In this document: positions 1-9,527 of the stretch, one piece after another
Layout of the letters: every line of letters begins with the position of its first letter
Numbering within the stretch: the first letter of the stretch is position 1
Virus record (IMG/VR): IMGVR_UViG_3300009347_000008
Length of the DNA stretch: 64,000 nucleotides
Source of the DNA: a virus
Direction: 5' to 3' (one strand)
The notes under the pieces: generated by a model
The model's input: only the letters and a program-made list of their open reading frames with translations
What the model was told of the DNA's origin: nothing
Database searches by the model: none
Made by a program: the position numbers and the translations under genes

Positions 1-1201
1 TACTGAAGAATTCTCTATCTTTAATTAACTTAGGAATGCTCTCCCCGTTATAGCGATCTAGAGCTTCACCAGTTGATTTAAGCAAAGACAATAACTCTTT
101 GGCATCACCATAAGTGAAATCACGAAGTGTGACAATCTCAACATTAATATTGTCGTTACCCTTCACTCTTGATCCGTAGATATTCATCTCACGAATCTTT
201 CTACGAAGTTCACTACGAACATCCAGCAAACTAGCTCTATTTCTGTCAAAAGAAACAGACACACGCTTTCCGCCAATCAAGACGCGAGAATGTTTTTCAT
301 TACCTTCTTCGTGTCCACCCTTGAAGATATCTTCATTAGATAACTTGCCAAGAACATCGAAATTAAACAGATTCAGATTCTTGATCATGATCTGCTTATA
401 GGGAGAAATAAATGCTACTGACTTAGCAGTGTCCTTAGACATATTCTCTGTCAACTTGATGGTCTGAGTATAGCCATTTAAGAAATCAACAATAGCTGTA
501 ACGTCTTCTCTGATGATCTTCATGTAATCGCTCTTGGTAGCGATTTTTCTATCTCTACTGAGTTTAGCTGTATTAAGTTTAACCTTAATATCTGATCTCA
601 GAGAGTTACTTTCATTGGTAGCTTCATTGATTCGATCTTCCAGTTTACTTACCTGGAGTCGATAAACTTCAATCAGATTCTTAATACCAAACCAGCGCTT
701 TTCAATTAACTTAGCGATGATATCGTATTCAGAACCAAGATTAATGATACCTTGATTAATCTTCTCGATCAAAGCTTTCGAAAGCTCAGTGGCCTTAATA
801 ACGCCATTGACTGCTGCCTTGCCAGCTTTACCGCCTACTTCAACGGCAGTATTGGCTAGAGCAACTGATGAATGTGCAGCCGATTGAACTAAATCAGTTA
901 AGCCTTCTGTGGCGATATTGAAACCATCGTATTTATGGTTCAAATTAACATTGATCGCTTTAGTAATTATGTTCAGTTGCTTAATATCACGGTCATCGAT
1001 TTCACCTTTAGAGTACATCGTGCTATGATAATCTTCCAGAACATAAAGCGCTTCTAAACCAGTCTTATAGTTATCCATTCTCTCTTCGATTTCTTCTCTG
1101 AGAATAAGATCACTAGAAATCAGGTCATCAATGACTTCTAAGTCGATATCAAGATTATCGGATTCATCTTCTGGCATCACATGGATAGGTAGATCGGACA
1201 T
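1..1201 (-). CDS. Partial CDS (C-terminal part of a protein; N-terminus lies left of the window). ATG at 1199-1201; hypothetical virion-associated protein in the same tandem block as the next three genes.
   Basis: No minus-strand stop codons found in this frame over the first ~120 nt checked by hand. The region is absent from the ORF track, which is consistent with an ORF running off the window edge. The terminator hairpin at 1243-1275 sits upstream of it in the minus transcription direction. Confidence 0.45.
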   Translation of the reverse strand, partial: MSDLPIHVMPEDESDNLDIDLEVIDDLISSDLILREEIEERMDNYKTGLEALYVLEDYHSTMYSKGEIDDRDIKQLNIITKAINVNLNHKYDGFNIATEGLTDLVQSAAHSSVALANTAVEVGGKAGKAAVNGVIKATELSKALIEKINQGIINLGSEYDIIAKLIEKRWFGIKNLIEVYRLQVSKLEDRINEATNESNSLRSDIKVKLNTAKLSRDRKIATKSDYMKIIREDVTAIVDFLNGYTQTIKLTENMSKDTAKSVAFISPYKQIMIKNLNLFNFDVLGKLSNEDIFKGGHEEGNEKHSRVLIGGKRVSVSFDRNRASLLDVRSELRRKIREMNIYGSRVKGNDNINVEIVTLRDFTYGDAKELLSLLKSTGEALDRYNGESIPKLIKDREFFS

Positions 1202-1242
1202 GTTGTTCCTCTTAAATGTTTAACATACGATTTGAAACAACA

Positions 1243-1275
1243 TAAAAAAGGAACACCCGGGAGTGTCCCTTCTTA
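1243..1275. terminator. Rho-independent terminator hairpin (GGAACACCCGGGAGTGTCCC) flanked by A/T runs
   Basis: Inverted repeat with an A-run upstream and T-rich sequence downstream. It lies downstream of the 1278..2477 gene on the minus strand. Confidence 0.6.
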
Positions 1276-1277
1276 CA

Positions 1278-2477
1278 TTATTTAATAGACGAAGCCGCCC
1301 AAGCAATCATGCCACGTAATACAGCATTGTTCATGTAAACAATCTTAGTGTTGATGTCTTGAACTCGACCTCTAAAGATCAAGCTGTTGTAGCCACCAAC
1401 CAAACCGAGGAGTAAAGTCTTACCAACACCCTTAAGAATGTCACTAACACCAAGCTTTGCAGTTCTGTAATAGATTTTGAATGTATGCTCTTGTTCATCG
1501 ATGTGTTTGATCACATCCTCAAGTAATTGAATACATTCTTTCTTAGACAAACTTCTAACAGCACCAGAGTCAGCTTTCTCGGTGAGATTCCACATATCAT
1601 GGTTAAACTGAACTACAAAGTTTGCTTTAAGGTTTCTCATCAAATAGTTGTTATCACTATTGTCAGGAATACGTGCAGTCAGAATAGCACCAGTAAGTTT
1701 ATCTGGATTCAAGTCATATGTGACAGTGCCTTCTGCTTTATGAATAACACGACTATTCATATCGGTTACCAATTTAGCAAGATCGTACTTCGAACCTTCA
1801 CCAGACCCTAGAGACTCATATTTGGAAGTGCTTGCTAAGATTTTCAGAGAATCAATCTGACCCTCCAGCGCCTTCAGAACATCCTTGTAATTATTAAAAG
1901 GTTTAGTCCTGTAACCTCGTTGAAGAGCTAATAGAGTTCTCTTATCTGTAACTTCACCATTCTTGAAATCTGACTCATCTGTATCACGGACTCTGTCGAG
2001 AACGTCTTTGGCATCAGATCTGAGCTTAGCCATACTACCAGTGAACCAAGAGAAATAGTTACTAACGCCATTTCCAAAGTTCTCTAATTTAGCTTTGATA
2101 GTCTTAGCTTTATCAGCATTCTGATTCGTGATAGCTTCTAGGGCAATTTTACTCTTTTGTTTCTGGTCAAGATTCTTATCTTGATACGACTCAAAACCAA
2201 AACCGGTAAAACCTTCTCTACTGTTACTATAGAGACTACCGATAGTTTCCACAGCAATATAGATCTCTTCATCCGTAAGATCTTCACCACGGTTAACTTT
2301 GCTTGACAAAGTATTCTCGATTCTCTTAGCAGCTTCATAAGAAGCTACATCACTGGCCATGTCTTCCAGTTCGATACCATCATTAACAGCTCGTTGGAAG
2401 TCACTGAGATCATGAGTTCCTTCATTATCAACTAAGCCTTCGTAATGGTCTTCCATTGCTTGTTGAATAAGTTTCAT
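1278..2477 (-). CDS. Hypothetical protein (399 aa), acidic N-terminus; member of a local paralogous block
   Basis: Long ORF with coding-like composition; a bidirectional hairpin at 2502-2534 lies upstream. Confidence 0.7.
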   Translation of the reverse strand: MKLIQQAMEDHYEGLVDNEGTHDLSDFQRAVNDGIELEDMASDVASYEAAKRIENTLSSKVNRGEDLTDEEIYIAVETIGSLYSNSREGFTGFGFESYQDKNLDQKQKSKIALEAITNQNADKAKTIKAKLENFGNGVSNYFSWFTGSMAKLRSDAKDVLDRVRDTDESDFKNGEVTDKRTLLALQRGYRTKPFNNYKDVLKALEGQIDSLKILASTSKYESLGSGEGSKYDLAKLVTDMNSRVIHKAEGTVTYDLNPDKLTGAILTARIPDNSDNNYLMRNLKANFVVQFNHDMWNLTEKADSGAVRSLSKKECIQLLEDVIKHIDEQEHTFKIYYRTAKLGVSDILKGVGKTLLLGLVGGYNSLIFRGRVQDINTKIVYMNNAVLRGMIAWAASSIK

Positions 2478-2501
2478 TTGTTACTCCTAAAGTAGATCAT
2501 C

Positions 2502-2534
2502 ATAAAAGGAGGAAGGTTACCCCTCCTCCTTTTT
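2502..2534. terminator. Bidirectional terminator hairpin (GGAGGAAGG-ttac-CCCTCCTCC) between A-run and T-run
   Basis: Palindrome flanked by AAAA and TTTTT. Confidence 0.55.
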
Positions 2535-2563
2535 AACTAATACTCAGTTACCTGAGATCAGAA

Positions 2564-3838
2564 TTACTCAGCAGCCTTAACGGTTGCCAGCGAACGCTCA
2601 GCGTAGTCGATACCAGCCTTAGCGATTTCAGTACCAACCTTACCAGCGAAGGTGAACACCTTGATCGCGCTGTTACCGGTAGCGGTGATAGCACGTTGAG
2701 CAATACGGCTGTCTTCAACCACAGCAGCCTTGCCTTCACCATCAGGAGCGGTTTCAGCAATCTTCTTGGCAGCTTCGATAGCCTTCTTCATGCCGTTCTC
2801 GAAAGCAGCCACAGCAGCCTTTTGACCCAGATTGTATTGAACAATCTTTTCTGCGGCCTTCAGAGCGGTAGCAACTTCAGCCTTCGACAGAGCTTCGATT
2901 TCGGGCTTGTCAGTGAAGGGCAGGTTTTCCTTGATGGTAATACCGAAGTCCTTCAGAGCTTCCCAAGCGCCACGGGCCGTGTCACCAACCGACTTGTCAG
3001 CGAACTTAACATCGATACGAGGACCGATGACTTCACCGCCAACCGACTTGAATGCAGCAGCTTCCTTGTACACGTCCATAGCAGCCTTCGACTTGTCGAG
3101 GAAGCCTTGGTCGTCAGCAGCACCTTGGTTGATGGAGATGGAGCTAGCCATAGCACCCAGACCAACGATGATCTTCTGCGTGTCGCCAGCGACCTTCTTC
3201 AGTTCTTGTTCGGTAGAACCCAGAACCTTCAGAACACCAGCCTTGTCACCCTTGCCAGCGGGCTTGGTGATACCAGAAGCCTTCACGTTGCCGGTGGTTT
3301 CACCCTTGGCAGCAGCAGCCTTCTTTTCCAGCGCGTTGATACGAGCCAGCAGCTTACGGTTACCGTCAAACAGCTTACCGAAGAAGTTCTTCACGAAGTC
3401 GACGATCTTCTGGAAAGCGTTAACCACGGCAGCCCAGATCTTCTTGACGGTTTCCTTGATGTCTTCGATAGCCAGTTGGGTAGCACGCTTACGGCCAGTC
3501 TTGCCACCGAACGATTCGAGAGCAGGATAGGAGCTACGTTGCACGCCCAGGCGAGAGTAGATCGACTCAACAGCCACTTCAGCGATTTCAGCAGCCACGG
3601 GGTCCAGACCACCTTCAGCTTCAGCCGCTTCAGCGGTATCAGCAATGCGTTCCAGGGTGTCAGCATCGGCAGATGCTTGATCGATCTCAGCACCGCCAGC
3701 TTCCACGTCAGCGGAAATGTCAGTAGCTTCCACCAGATCGGCTTCTGCGGACTCAGCACCGGTTTCGTCAATAGCCAGTTCGGCTTCTTGGGTTTCGTCT
3801 TCCATAGCGGCCACTAGGCCCTTAGCGAAAATAGACAT
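2564..3838 (-). CDS. Ala/Glu-rich acidic protein (424 aa), encoded in a conspicuously GC-rich segment; paralogue of the 3973..5619 product
   Basis: Roughly 55% GC versus a ~38% background. It shares the segment VNAFQKIVDFVKNFFGKL with IVNDVWQAIVRMFKALSDWIKDFFFNK in the next gene. The long plus-strand ORFs 2696..3817 and 2907..3530 are antisense artefacts of this GC-rich gene. Confidence 0.7.
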   Translation of the reverse strand: MSIFAKGLVAAMEDETQEAELAIDETGAESAEADLVEATDISADVEAGGAEIDQASADADTLERIADTAEAAEAEGGLDPVAAEIAEVAVESIYSRLGVQRSSYPALESFGGKTGRKRATQLAIEDIKETVKKIWAAVVNAFQKIVDFVKNFFGKLFDGNRKLLARINALEKKAAAAKGETTGNVKASGITKPAGKGDKAGVLKVLGSTEQELKKVAGDTQKIIVGLGAMASSISINQGAADDQGFLDKSKAAMDVYKEAAAFKSVGGEVIGPRIDVKFADKSVGDTARGAWEALKDFGITIKENLPFTDKPEIEALSKAEVATALKAAEKIVQYNLGQKAAVAAFENGMKKAIEAAKKIAETAPDGEGKAAVVEDSRIAQRAITATGNSAIKVFTFAGKVGTEIAKAGIDYAERSLATVKAAE

Positions 3839-3972
3839 GTCTATATCCTTGTTTAAAAAGTTAAAAAAGCGCCTTTTTTCCTTAAGTAGTTTTTTCTACT
3901 CAAATAATAACGAACTTGTTGTAACAAGTGGTAGGCAAACCACTTGTTTTGGACATACTATTTTATAAGTAA

Positions 3973-5619
3973 TCAGGAGATCCCATACTCTTTTACAGAC
4001 TCAGCATGGTAAGCTGATAAGAGCTGAGAGTACTTCTCATAATTATTCTCTATTACCTTATAGCCATTAACAACGACTTTCATTAAGATAACGCAAATTA
4101 AACTAAGTAATTCAGCTATGGTAGCATCGACTTGATCACCAGTTGCTTTGAACTGATTAATAGATGAAGTCATGTTATCAACATCTTTACTAAGAGCAGC
4201 AGCCCTGGCAAGAATAGCTTCACGATTAGTCTGAATAGCTTTCAACCATTCAACAATCTTATTAGCTTGTTCCTTAGTAGTGATTAAAGGAATCTTTGCA
4301 CCCTTATTGCTATCGTCCCCATAGTAGGAACCGAAACGTTGTTGCTTAACAATATTCTTGTCAATACCTCCCTTTGAGTTACCTCTTTCAATAAACTTGA
4401 AATAGTAACCAGTATTCAGTGTAAGGACAGGGGTCTTGTAAGCTACATAGTTGCTAAGATCTTCACCAGGAATCATGGTGGCTTTTTCCAAGCCATCAGT
4501 TTTCAGGTAAGAGCTAATAAAACCACGGGCACCGAGATTCTTAAAGTCATCGAGCTTATCTGCTTTGAAAACATCTTCAGCAAGCTTATCGTAACCATTA
4601 GCAATCTCATTGAGTTTACCAAACTGTTCTTTGAGAGTATCGTTCATCAAAACGAAACTTTCATTGATAGATTTGGCTTCGCTAGGATCTTTACCAGGTA
4701 CTAAAAGATCACCGGCCCTAAGGCTAGAGAAAGTTGCTTCATTAACTGTCTTACCATCTTTGGTCTTACCCTTGAGTTCTTCTCTCTTCTCAAGTCCCTT
4801 AACCAAAGATTTGTTAGAAGCTTCGATACTCTTGAGATCTTCTCGTGCACCCTTAACTGACTTCTGTTTGTTGAAGAAGAAGTCTTTAATCCAGTCACTC
4901 AGGGCTTTGAACATACGGACAATTGCTTGCCATACATCGTTCACAATACCTTCAAAAGCAACCACCATTGCATCAGTATACTTCTGACGTGCCGTAAAAC
5001 CGCTCAGATCCTCCATAGCAGGCATTTCATACTTCTGGGAATGATCCATACCCAAACGAGTCTTAATGCTCTCTACGGAGATGTTAAACGTTTCCAATGC
5101 CGTGTTAGAGAAATTGTTTCTCTCTTTGGCTGAAAGAATAACCTTACGAAGTTTAGTCAACGTAGTATAGCTCTCAGTAGCTTCAGTGAGTTGGGCGGCA
5201 TCTTCGTCCGTCATACCCTCTTCATCTACTTCTGAGTCTTCTGCGTTAGCCTCATCCTCGTCCCCGGCCGACTCGTCAGACGATACATCTTCGTCAGTTG
5301 ACTCGGCGTCATCGGAGGTTTCGGCATCTGATCCGTCCCCTTCGCCCTCAGTAGAGCCGGTATCTTCGGTTGATCCGGTATCTCCGGTAGAGTCGGTTGG
5401 ATCGGTAGTTTCATCGCCTTGAGCCTGTTGCTGTTCTTTCAATGCTGCTAACTCTTCTTTGTAGTTAGCGATCTTGACAACTTTTGCAGGATCGGTAGTG
5501 TCCTCGTTTTGAACCATGTTGTTGGCTTTTTCGAGTTCATCTGGTTTACCGTTTGGATCAGCCAGTCCACCTTCTGCTGGGATGTCTTCCTCAGTTGCTA
5601 TGCTTAGAAATTTTGACAT
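3973..5619 (-). CDS. Acidic Ser/Thr/Asp-rich protein (548 aa), possible scaffold/internal virion protein; paralogue of the 2564..3838 product
   Basis: Long low-complexity acidic stretch (TDPTDSTGDTGSTEDTGSTEGEGDGSD...) plus a conserved block shared with the preceding gene. Confidence 0.65.
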   Translation of the reverse strand: MSKFLSIATEEDIPAEGGLADPNGKPDELEKANNMVQNEDTTDPAKVVKIANYKEELAALKEQQQAQGDETTDPTDSTGDTGSTEDTGSTEGEGDGSDAETSDDAESTDEDVSSDESAGDEDEANAEDSEVDEEGMTDEDAAQLTEATESYTTLTKLRKVILSAKERNNFSNTALETFNISVESIKTRLGMDHSQKYEMPAMEDLSGFTARQKYTDAMVVAFEGIVNDVWQAIVRMFKALSDWIKDFFFNKQKSVKGAREDLKSIEASNKSLVKGLEKREELKGKTKDGKTVNEATFSSLRAGDLLVPGKDPSEAKSINESFVLMNDTLKEQFGKLNEIANGYDKLAEDVFKADKLDDFKNLGARGFISSYLKTDGLEKATMIPGEDLSNYVAYKTPVLTLNTGYYFKFIERGNSKGGIDKNIVKQQRFGSYYGDDSNKGAKIPLITTKEQANKIVEWLKAIQTNREAILARAAALSKDVDNMTSSINQFKATGDQVDATIAELLSLICVILMKVVVNGYKVIENNYEKYSQLLSAYHAESVKEYGIS

Positions 5620-6230
5620 TATTGTCCTGCCACTTTCTTCTCGGTTTTACCGAAGATCAGATGGAGAGAAATGATCATGTCTTCAAAGCCCTTGGGCTGA
5701 GCAGTCCAACGTTGGATAGTGCCAATGACACTATGGTCAGAACTACCGAATTCTTCCTGGAAAGAACTGAAGTATGATTCATAGTCGAATGGAACCTTCT
5801 TACTCTGGAAAGTAGCGTTCTCCTGAGAAAGAGTAAATTCCCATGGTCTAAGACCAAACTGTCGTTCACCAGTTCTGATGAAGTTCAGCGTATCTTCCAA
5901 GAACCTACGATGGTTCTCGGTAAAATAAAAACTGTCTGATTGTAGTTTACACCAATCCTTGAAAGAATAAGTACCGAAGGCTCTCATCGCTTCAATAAGA
6001 ACAGCACGTCTATACGAAAAAGATGTAAGATCACGTTCATGTTTGATAAGCTGGATATACAACTTATCAATCGCTTCATTGAACGTACCGTAACCCTTCA
6101 TCTTTGTAGTAGGTTTCTGGAATCGAACTAGAGCAGCTTGTTTGCGGATGTCCAATGTTGGATCATCCTTTCTAGTCAAGCCGTTTTCAAAACCCAAGAA
6201 ACCTCTGCCATAAATAACGACATTGGCCAT
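5619..6230 (-). CDS. Hypothetical protein (203 aa)
   Basis: ORF in the operon-like minus-strand array; its stop overlaps the start of the next gene (ATGA-type coupling). Confidence 0.6.
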   Translation of the reverse strand: MANVVIYGRGFLGFENGLTRKDDPTLDIRKQAALVRFQKPTTKMKGYGTFNEAIDKLYIQLIKHERDLTSFSYRRAVLIEAMRAFGTYSFKDWCKLQSDSFYFTENHRRFLEDTLNFIRTGERQFGLRPWEFTLSQENATFQSKKVPFDYESYFSSFQEEFGSSDHSVIGTIQRWTAQPKGFEDMIISLHLIFGKTEKKVAGQ

Positions 6231-7132
6231 TAGAGTCCTACACTTTCTTCTTGCTTGCGGATACTCTCGCTGAGCTTGTCGATTCTGGATTGAACCATTT
6301 CGATTTCACGCTCAACACCGGGATCTGCTTGACCAGTATCTCGAATACTAACAAGGTTCATAAGACGCAATTCCAGATTGGACTTGAGTTCCTTATTTTC
6401 CTTATATTTATTACTCTGGTATTCTGCAACAATCAACCCAATATGATAGATTGGGTTCATTGCGAAGCCTTGCAGATTGTGAACACCGGTAGGGTCAATC
6501 TTCAGTGCTCCGAAAGTAGCCAATGCAGCTTCGGTATCCTCGTTAACCAGAACATCAGGCACCGCACGAACGGTCTTGATAAAGTCACGATTACCTTCAG
6601 TGAATGCTTTCAGAACACGACCAAAGAAACTCAGTCGACTACGCAGGTCGTTGATTTCACCCTTTGATAGTTGCTTAGCCAAATAACTCTGCTCGCCCGT
6701 AGTAGCTTCTGTCTCCAGGATGTAGAGATAGTTAAGCAAGCGCAGACTGTAGCGTGAACTGAAACTAATCAGCTCCAATGCCTTAATGAGAGATACCTTA
6801 TAGAGAGTAATGCCAGCAACAACGATTTCGTTTTCGAAATCTTTCTCAACCAAACTCTCAATACCGGAAGCAATCTTCTCCATCTGAAGCATACGGAACC
6901 AGATATCGGCCGCCATACCCTTGCTATTGGTTGCACCAACAGCACGGAAGTATTCTTTCTCAATGGCTTTGATTTCCTTAGAGACAACCTTATTGTTCAA
7001 AACATCCATTGCTTGTTTGTACGAAGGAATGGTCGAATTCTGAAGTTCTGTTCTAACAATGCGTGCGTCTTCAAGCAGTCGATCCTTTTTGAAATTAGGA
7101 AGCAGACTGGCGACATATTTTAAGATTTCCAT
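6230..7132 (-). CDS. Hypothetical protein (300 aa)
   Basis: ORF with translational coupling to the downstream gene. Confidence 0.6.
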   Translation of the reverse strand: MEILKYVASLLPNFKKDRLLEDARIVRTELQNSTIPSYKQAMDVLNNKVVSKEIKAIEKEYFRAVGATNSKGMAADIWFRMLQMEKIASGIESLVEKDFENEIVVAGITLYKVSLIKALELISFSSRYSLRLLNYLYILETEATTGEQSYLAKQLSKGEINDLRSRLSFFGRVLKAFTEGNRDFIKTVRAVPDVLVNEDTEAALATFGALKIDPTGVHNLQGFAMNPIYHIGLIVAEYQSNKYKENKELKSNLELRLMNLVSIRDTGQADPGVEREIEMVQSRIDKLSESIRKQEESVGL

Positions 7133-7163
7133 TTTAGATCCTTGACTATTAGATTATTTACTT

Positions 7164-8288
7164 TTAGAAGACTGGAGCATTACCGCCTTTGAATGCGGCG
7201 AGCACTTCCATGATATTGGGACCAGAGCCCTTATTGGCAACCTTGATATCTCTCAGGCCAACAGATGTACTGGTACTGATACCATAATGGTACATGTTAA
7301 CACGCTCATAGTTTCTATCGATAACTACAAGAATCATGGCATAGGTTTTATCAAAGATCTTTTGACGATCTTTGAAGTTATCCAAGTTAAGATTATGCTT
7401 AACTCTTAATTGCATTGCAGTTTCTTCAGAGATAACCACAATGTTGGAAGCTTCAGCTAAAGAGGGATTCTTAGAGAAGAAACTAGCAAGTTTACTGTTC
7501 TTAGCACGCTTTGCAATTTCGGAATACACTCCGTCTTTATCCGTCATAAGAGTACGCTTCTGCTCGCGGATCAAATCCTGACAGAAGACGAGATCTTTAA
7601 TAAAACTGATACGACCAGCACGCCACTTAAACCAACGTTCAGAGAACGACAGATCCACACTACCTTGTGAGAGCAACTGGACACAAGATGCAGGAGGCAA
7701 AGTGTTGACCATCAAACGGAACGAAATAGGGATAACAGCTTCTTGGCCATTATTCTTAATCGTAACATTGATGATCTTACCGATTGAGAGATTCGTCAGA
7801 TCGGCAACATTATCAACTTTAGCTAACTCTCCGTCTTTCTTGTCGTCTTTGGCTTCTAGAGCTACAGTAGGCAATTTATACTTCAGGGATTCAGAAGCAT
7901 AAGTCAGACTTTCTTTACCAATACCGGCATTTACAATGGTATTCAAGAAACCACTTGTGTCGACTTTTCTATTGGGATTGAGCTTATCCAGTACTCTGCC
8001 GACATTCACATCACCTACATTAGTGATAAGACTCAGAGCCTGTAACCAATATCCAACGAAAATGCTTTGAGTGGATTGAAGAATATCTGGAAGGTATTCT
8101 AAGAATAAACAATCCTTGTCGACAATTACAATAGGCTCAACACGGGCAACGGATGTAGCGCTAACAAGACTACTGGTTTTTAAATGTGAACCAACAGCTT
8201 GAGCCTTCGCGTACGTATCCATAACAGTAGATAGAACGCTACCTGCTGCCAGTGTGCCCTCATTCACGGGGCTTAAAAGAGTAGTCAT
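7164..8288 (-). CDS. Hypothetical protein (374 aa); the size and position in a structural-like block suggest a possible major virion protein, but this is unverified
   Basis: Long ORF with no recognisable enzymatic motif. Confidence 0.55.
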   Translation of the reverse strand: MTTLLSPVNEGTLAAGSVLSTVMDTYAKAQAVGSHLKTSSLVSATSVARVEPIVIVDKDCLFLEYLPDILQSTQSIFVGYWLQALSLITNVGDVNVGRVLDKLNPNRKVDTSGFLNTIVNAGIGKESLTYASESLKYKLPTVALEAKDDKKDGELAKVDNVADLTNLSIGKIINVTIKNNGQEAVIPISFRLMVNTLPPASCVQLLSQGSVDLSFSERWFKWRAGRISFIKDLVFCQDLIREQKRTLMTDKDGVYSEIAKRAKNSKLASFFSKNPSLAEASNIVVISEETAMQLRVKHNLNLDNFKDRQKIFDKTYAMILVVIDRNYERVNMYHYGISTSTSVGLRDIKVANKGSGPNIMEVLAAFKGGNAPVF

Positions 8289-8321
8289 ATTTTCAAAATC
8301 CTTTTTCTGTAAGGAAACTAT

Positions 8322-9525
8322 AATGGACGCTATAAACGATACTAATCTAGTTAAAGTGTCTGTGAAGGACGTTAACCAATTAGGTTTTGGTAATCACTCT
8401 TTGTTCAATATAGATACCGGTGTAAGTCAAGACGCTTTCTTTGATCTCGCAAGATCAGAAGGTAACGAAATGACTAAGAACGTCTACGGTATTAACCATA
8501 GACAAACACCGTTAGCTATCCCACAAAATAAAGATCACTACGGGCTAACATTCTTCACAAGACCTCAATTGAATTTCAGAGCATCGAATCTGAGACAAAA
8601 CAGATTATTTACCAAACTTCTCACTACCGAGCCTCTATCTTATTTTCGTCTGATCAGAAATACTCTTGATCCACGACTAGATAGCGCTTATGGTACTGGT
8701 GTTTCAGGTATCGATAGGATTGAATGTCCCTTGGTTGATCCTCAGCAAGCTTTCATACCTATCTTAACAAATAATCTACTTAATATATCAGGTTGGCCTG
8801 ATGTCAGAGTCGATACCTTTACTTCAAAATCTGGACCTTATAAAGAAGAATGGTCAATAGTAGACGGACTAGCAGTCAACTATTCGGCATACGATTTAAC
8901 AGCTACCTTTAGAAACAGTAAAGGTGACCCAATTACAATGATGATGTATATTTGGGAACACTATATGTCAAACGTTTTTGAAGGTGTATTAAGTCCTTAT
9001 CCAGACTTCTTAATCAATAATGAAATTGATTACAATACTAGAATTTATAGACTGGTATTGGATGCTACAAAACGTTATGTAGTTCGTATCGCTGCTTGTG
9101 GTGCAAGCTTTCCTTATGCTGCTCCTTATGCCTCAGTATTCGACTTCGATGCTACTAAACCTTATCATGATGGTAACAATGAAATTCAAATCCCATTCAA
9201 GTGTATGGGTGCTATCTATGATGATGATATTTTGATTAGAGCATTCAATCAAGTGGTTGGTTATTTTAATTCTGGGATGAAGGTCAATCGTATTCACGAT
9301 GTTCCTGGTCCATCCATGATTAAGATTCCTTTTGAGTATCTGGATATTTTTAACAATCGCGGTTATCCTAGAATTAATCCAAAAACTAGAGAACTAGAGT
9401 GGTATGTAAACGCAGATTACTACGCTGCTAAGATTGATGCATACAAAGAGTTTGATTCTAAATTGGATAATGTATTAGGATTCAATCCAAAAGAAAATGC
9501 CGAATTTGGTGAAGAAGGTGAATAA
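8322..9525 (+). CDS. Hypothetical protein (~401 aa). Start moved to ATG 8322 (MDAINDTNL...), preceded by AAGGAAA; the track start 8254 overlaps the divergent upstream gene.
   Basis: ORF plus RBS-like sequence; divergent from 7164..8288. Confidence 0.55.
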
Positions 9526-9527
9526 AC

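Noticed and set aside
2696-3817. Long plus-strand ORFs (373 aa, 207 aa and others) overlapping the 2564..3838 gene
   Set aside because: They are antisense to a strongly GC-rich coding region, where stop codons are depleted in all frames. Their products are Ser/Leu/Phe-rich and low-complexity. All neighbouring genes are on the minus strand.
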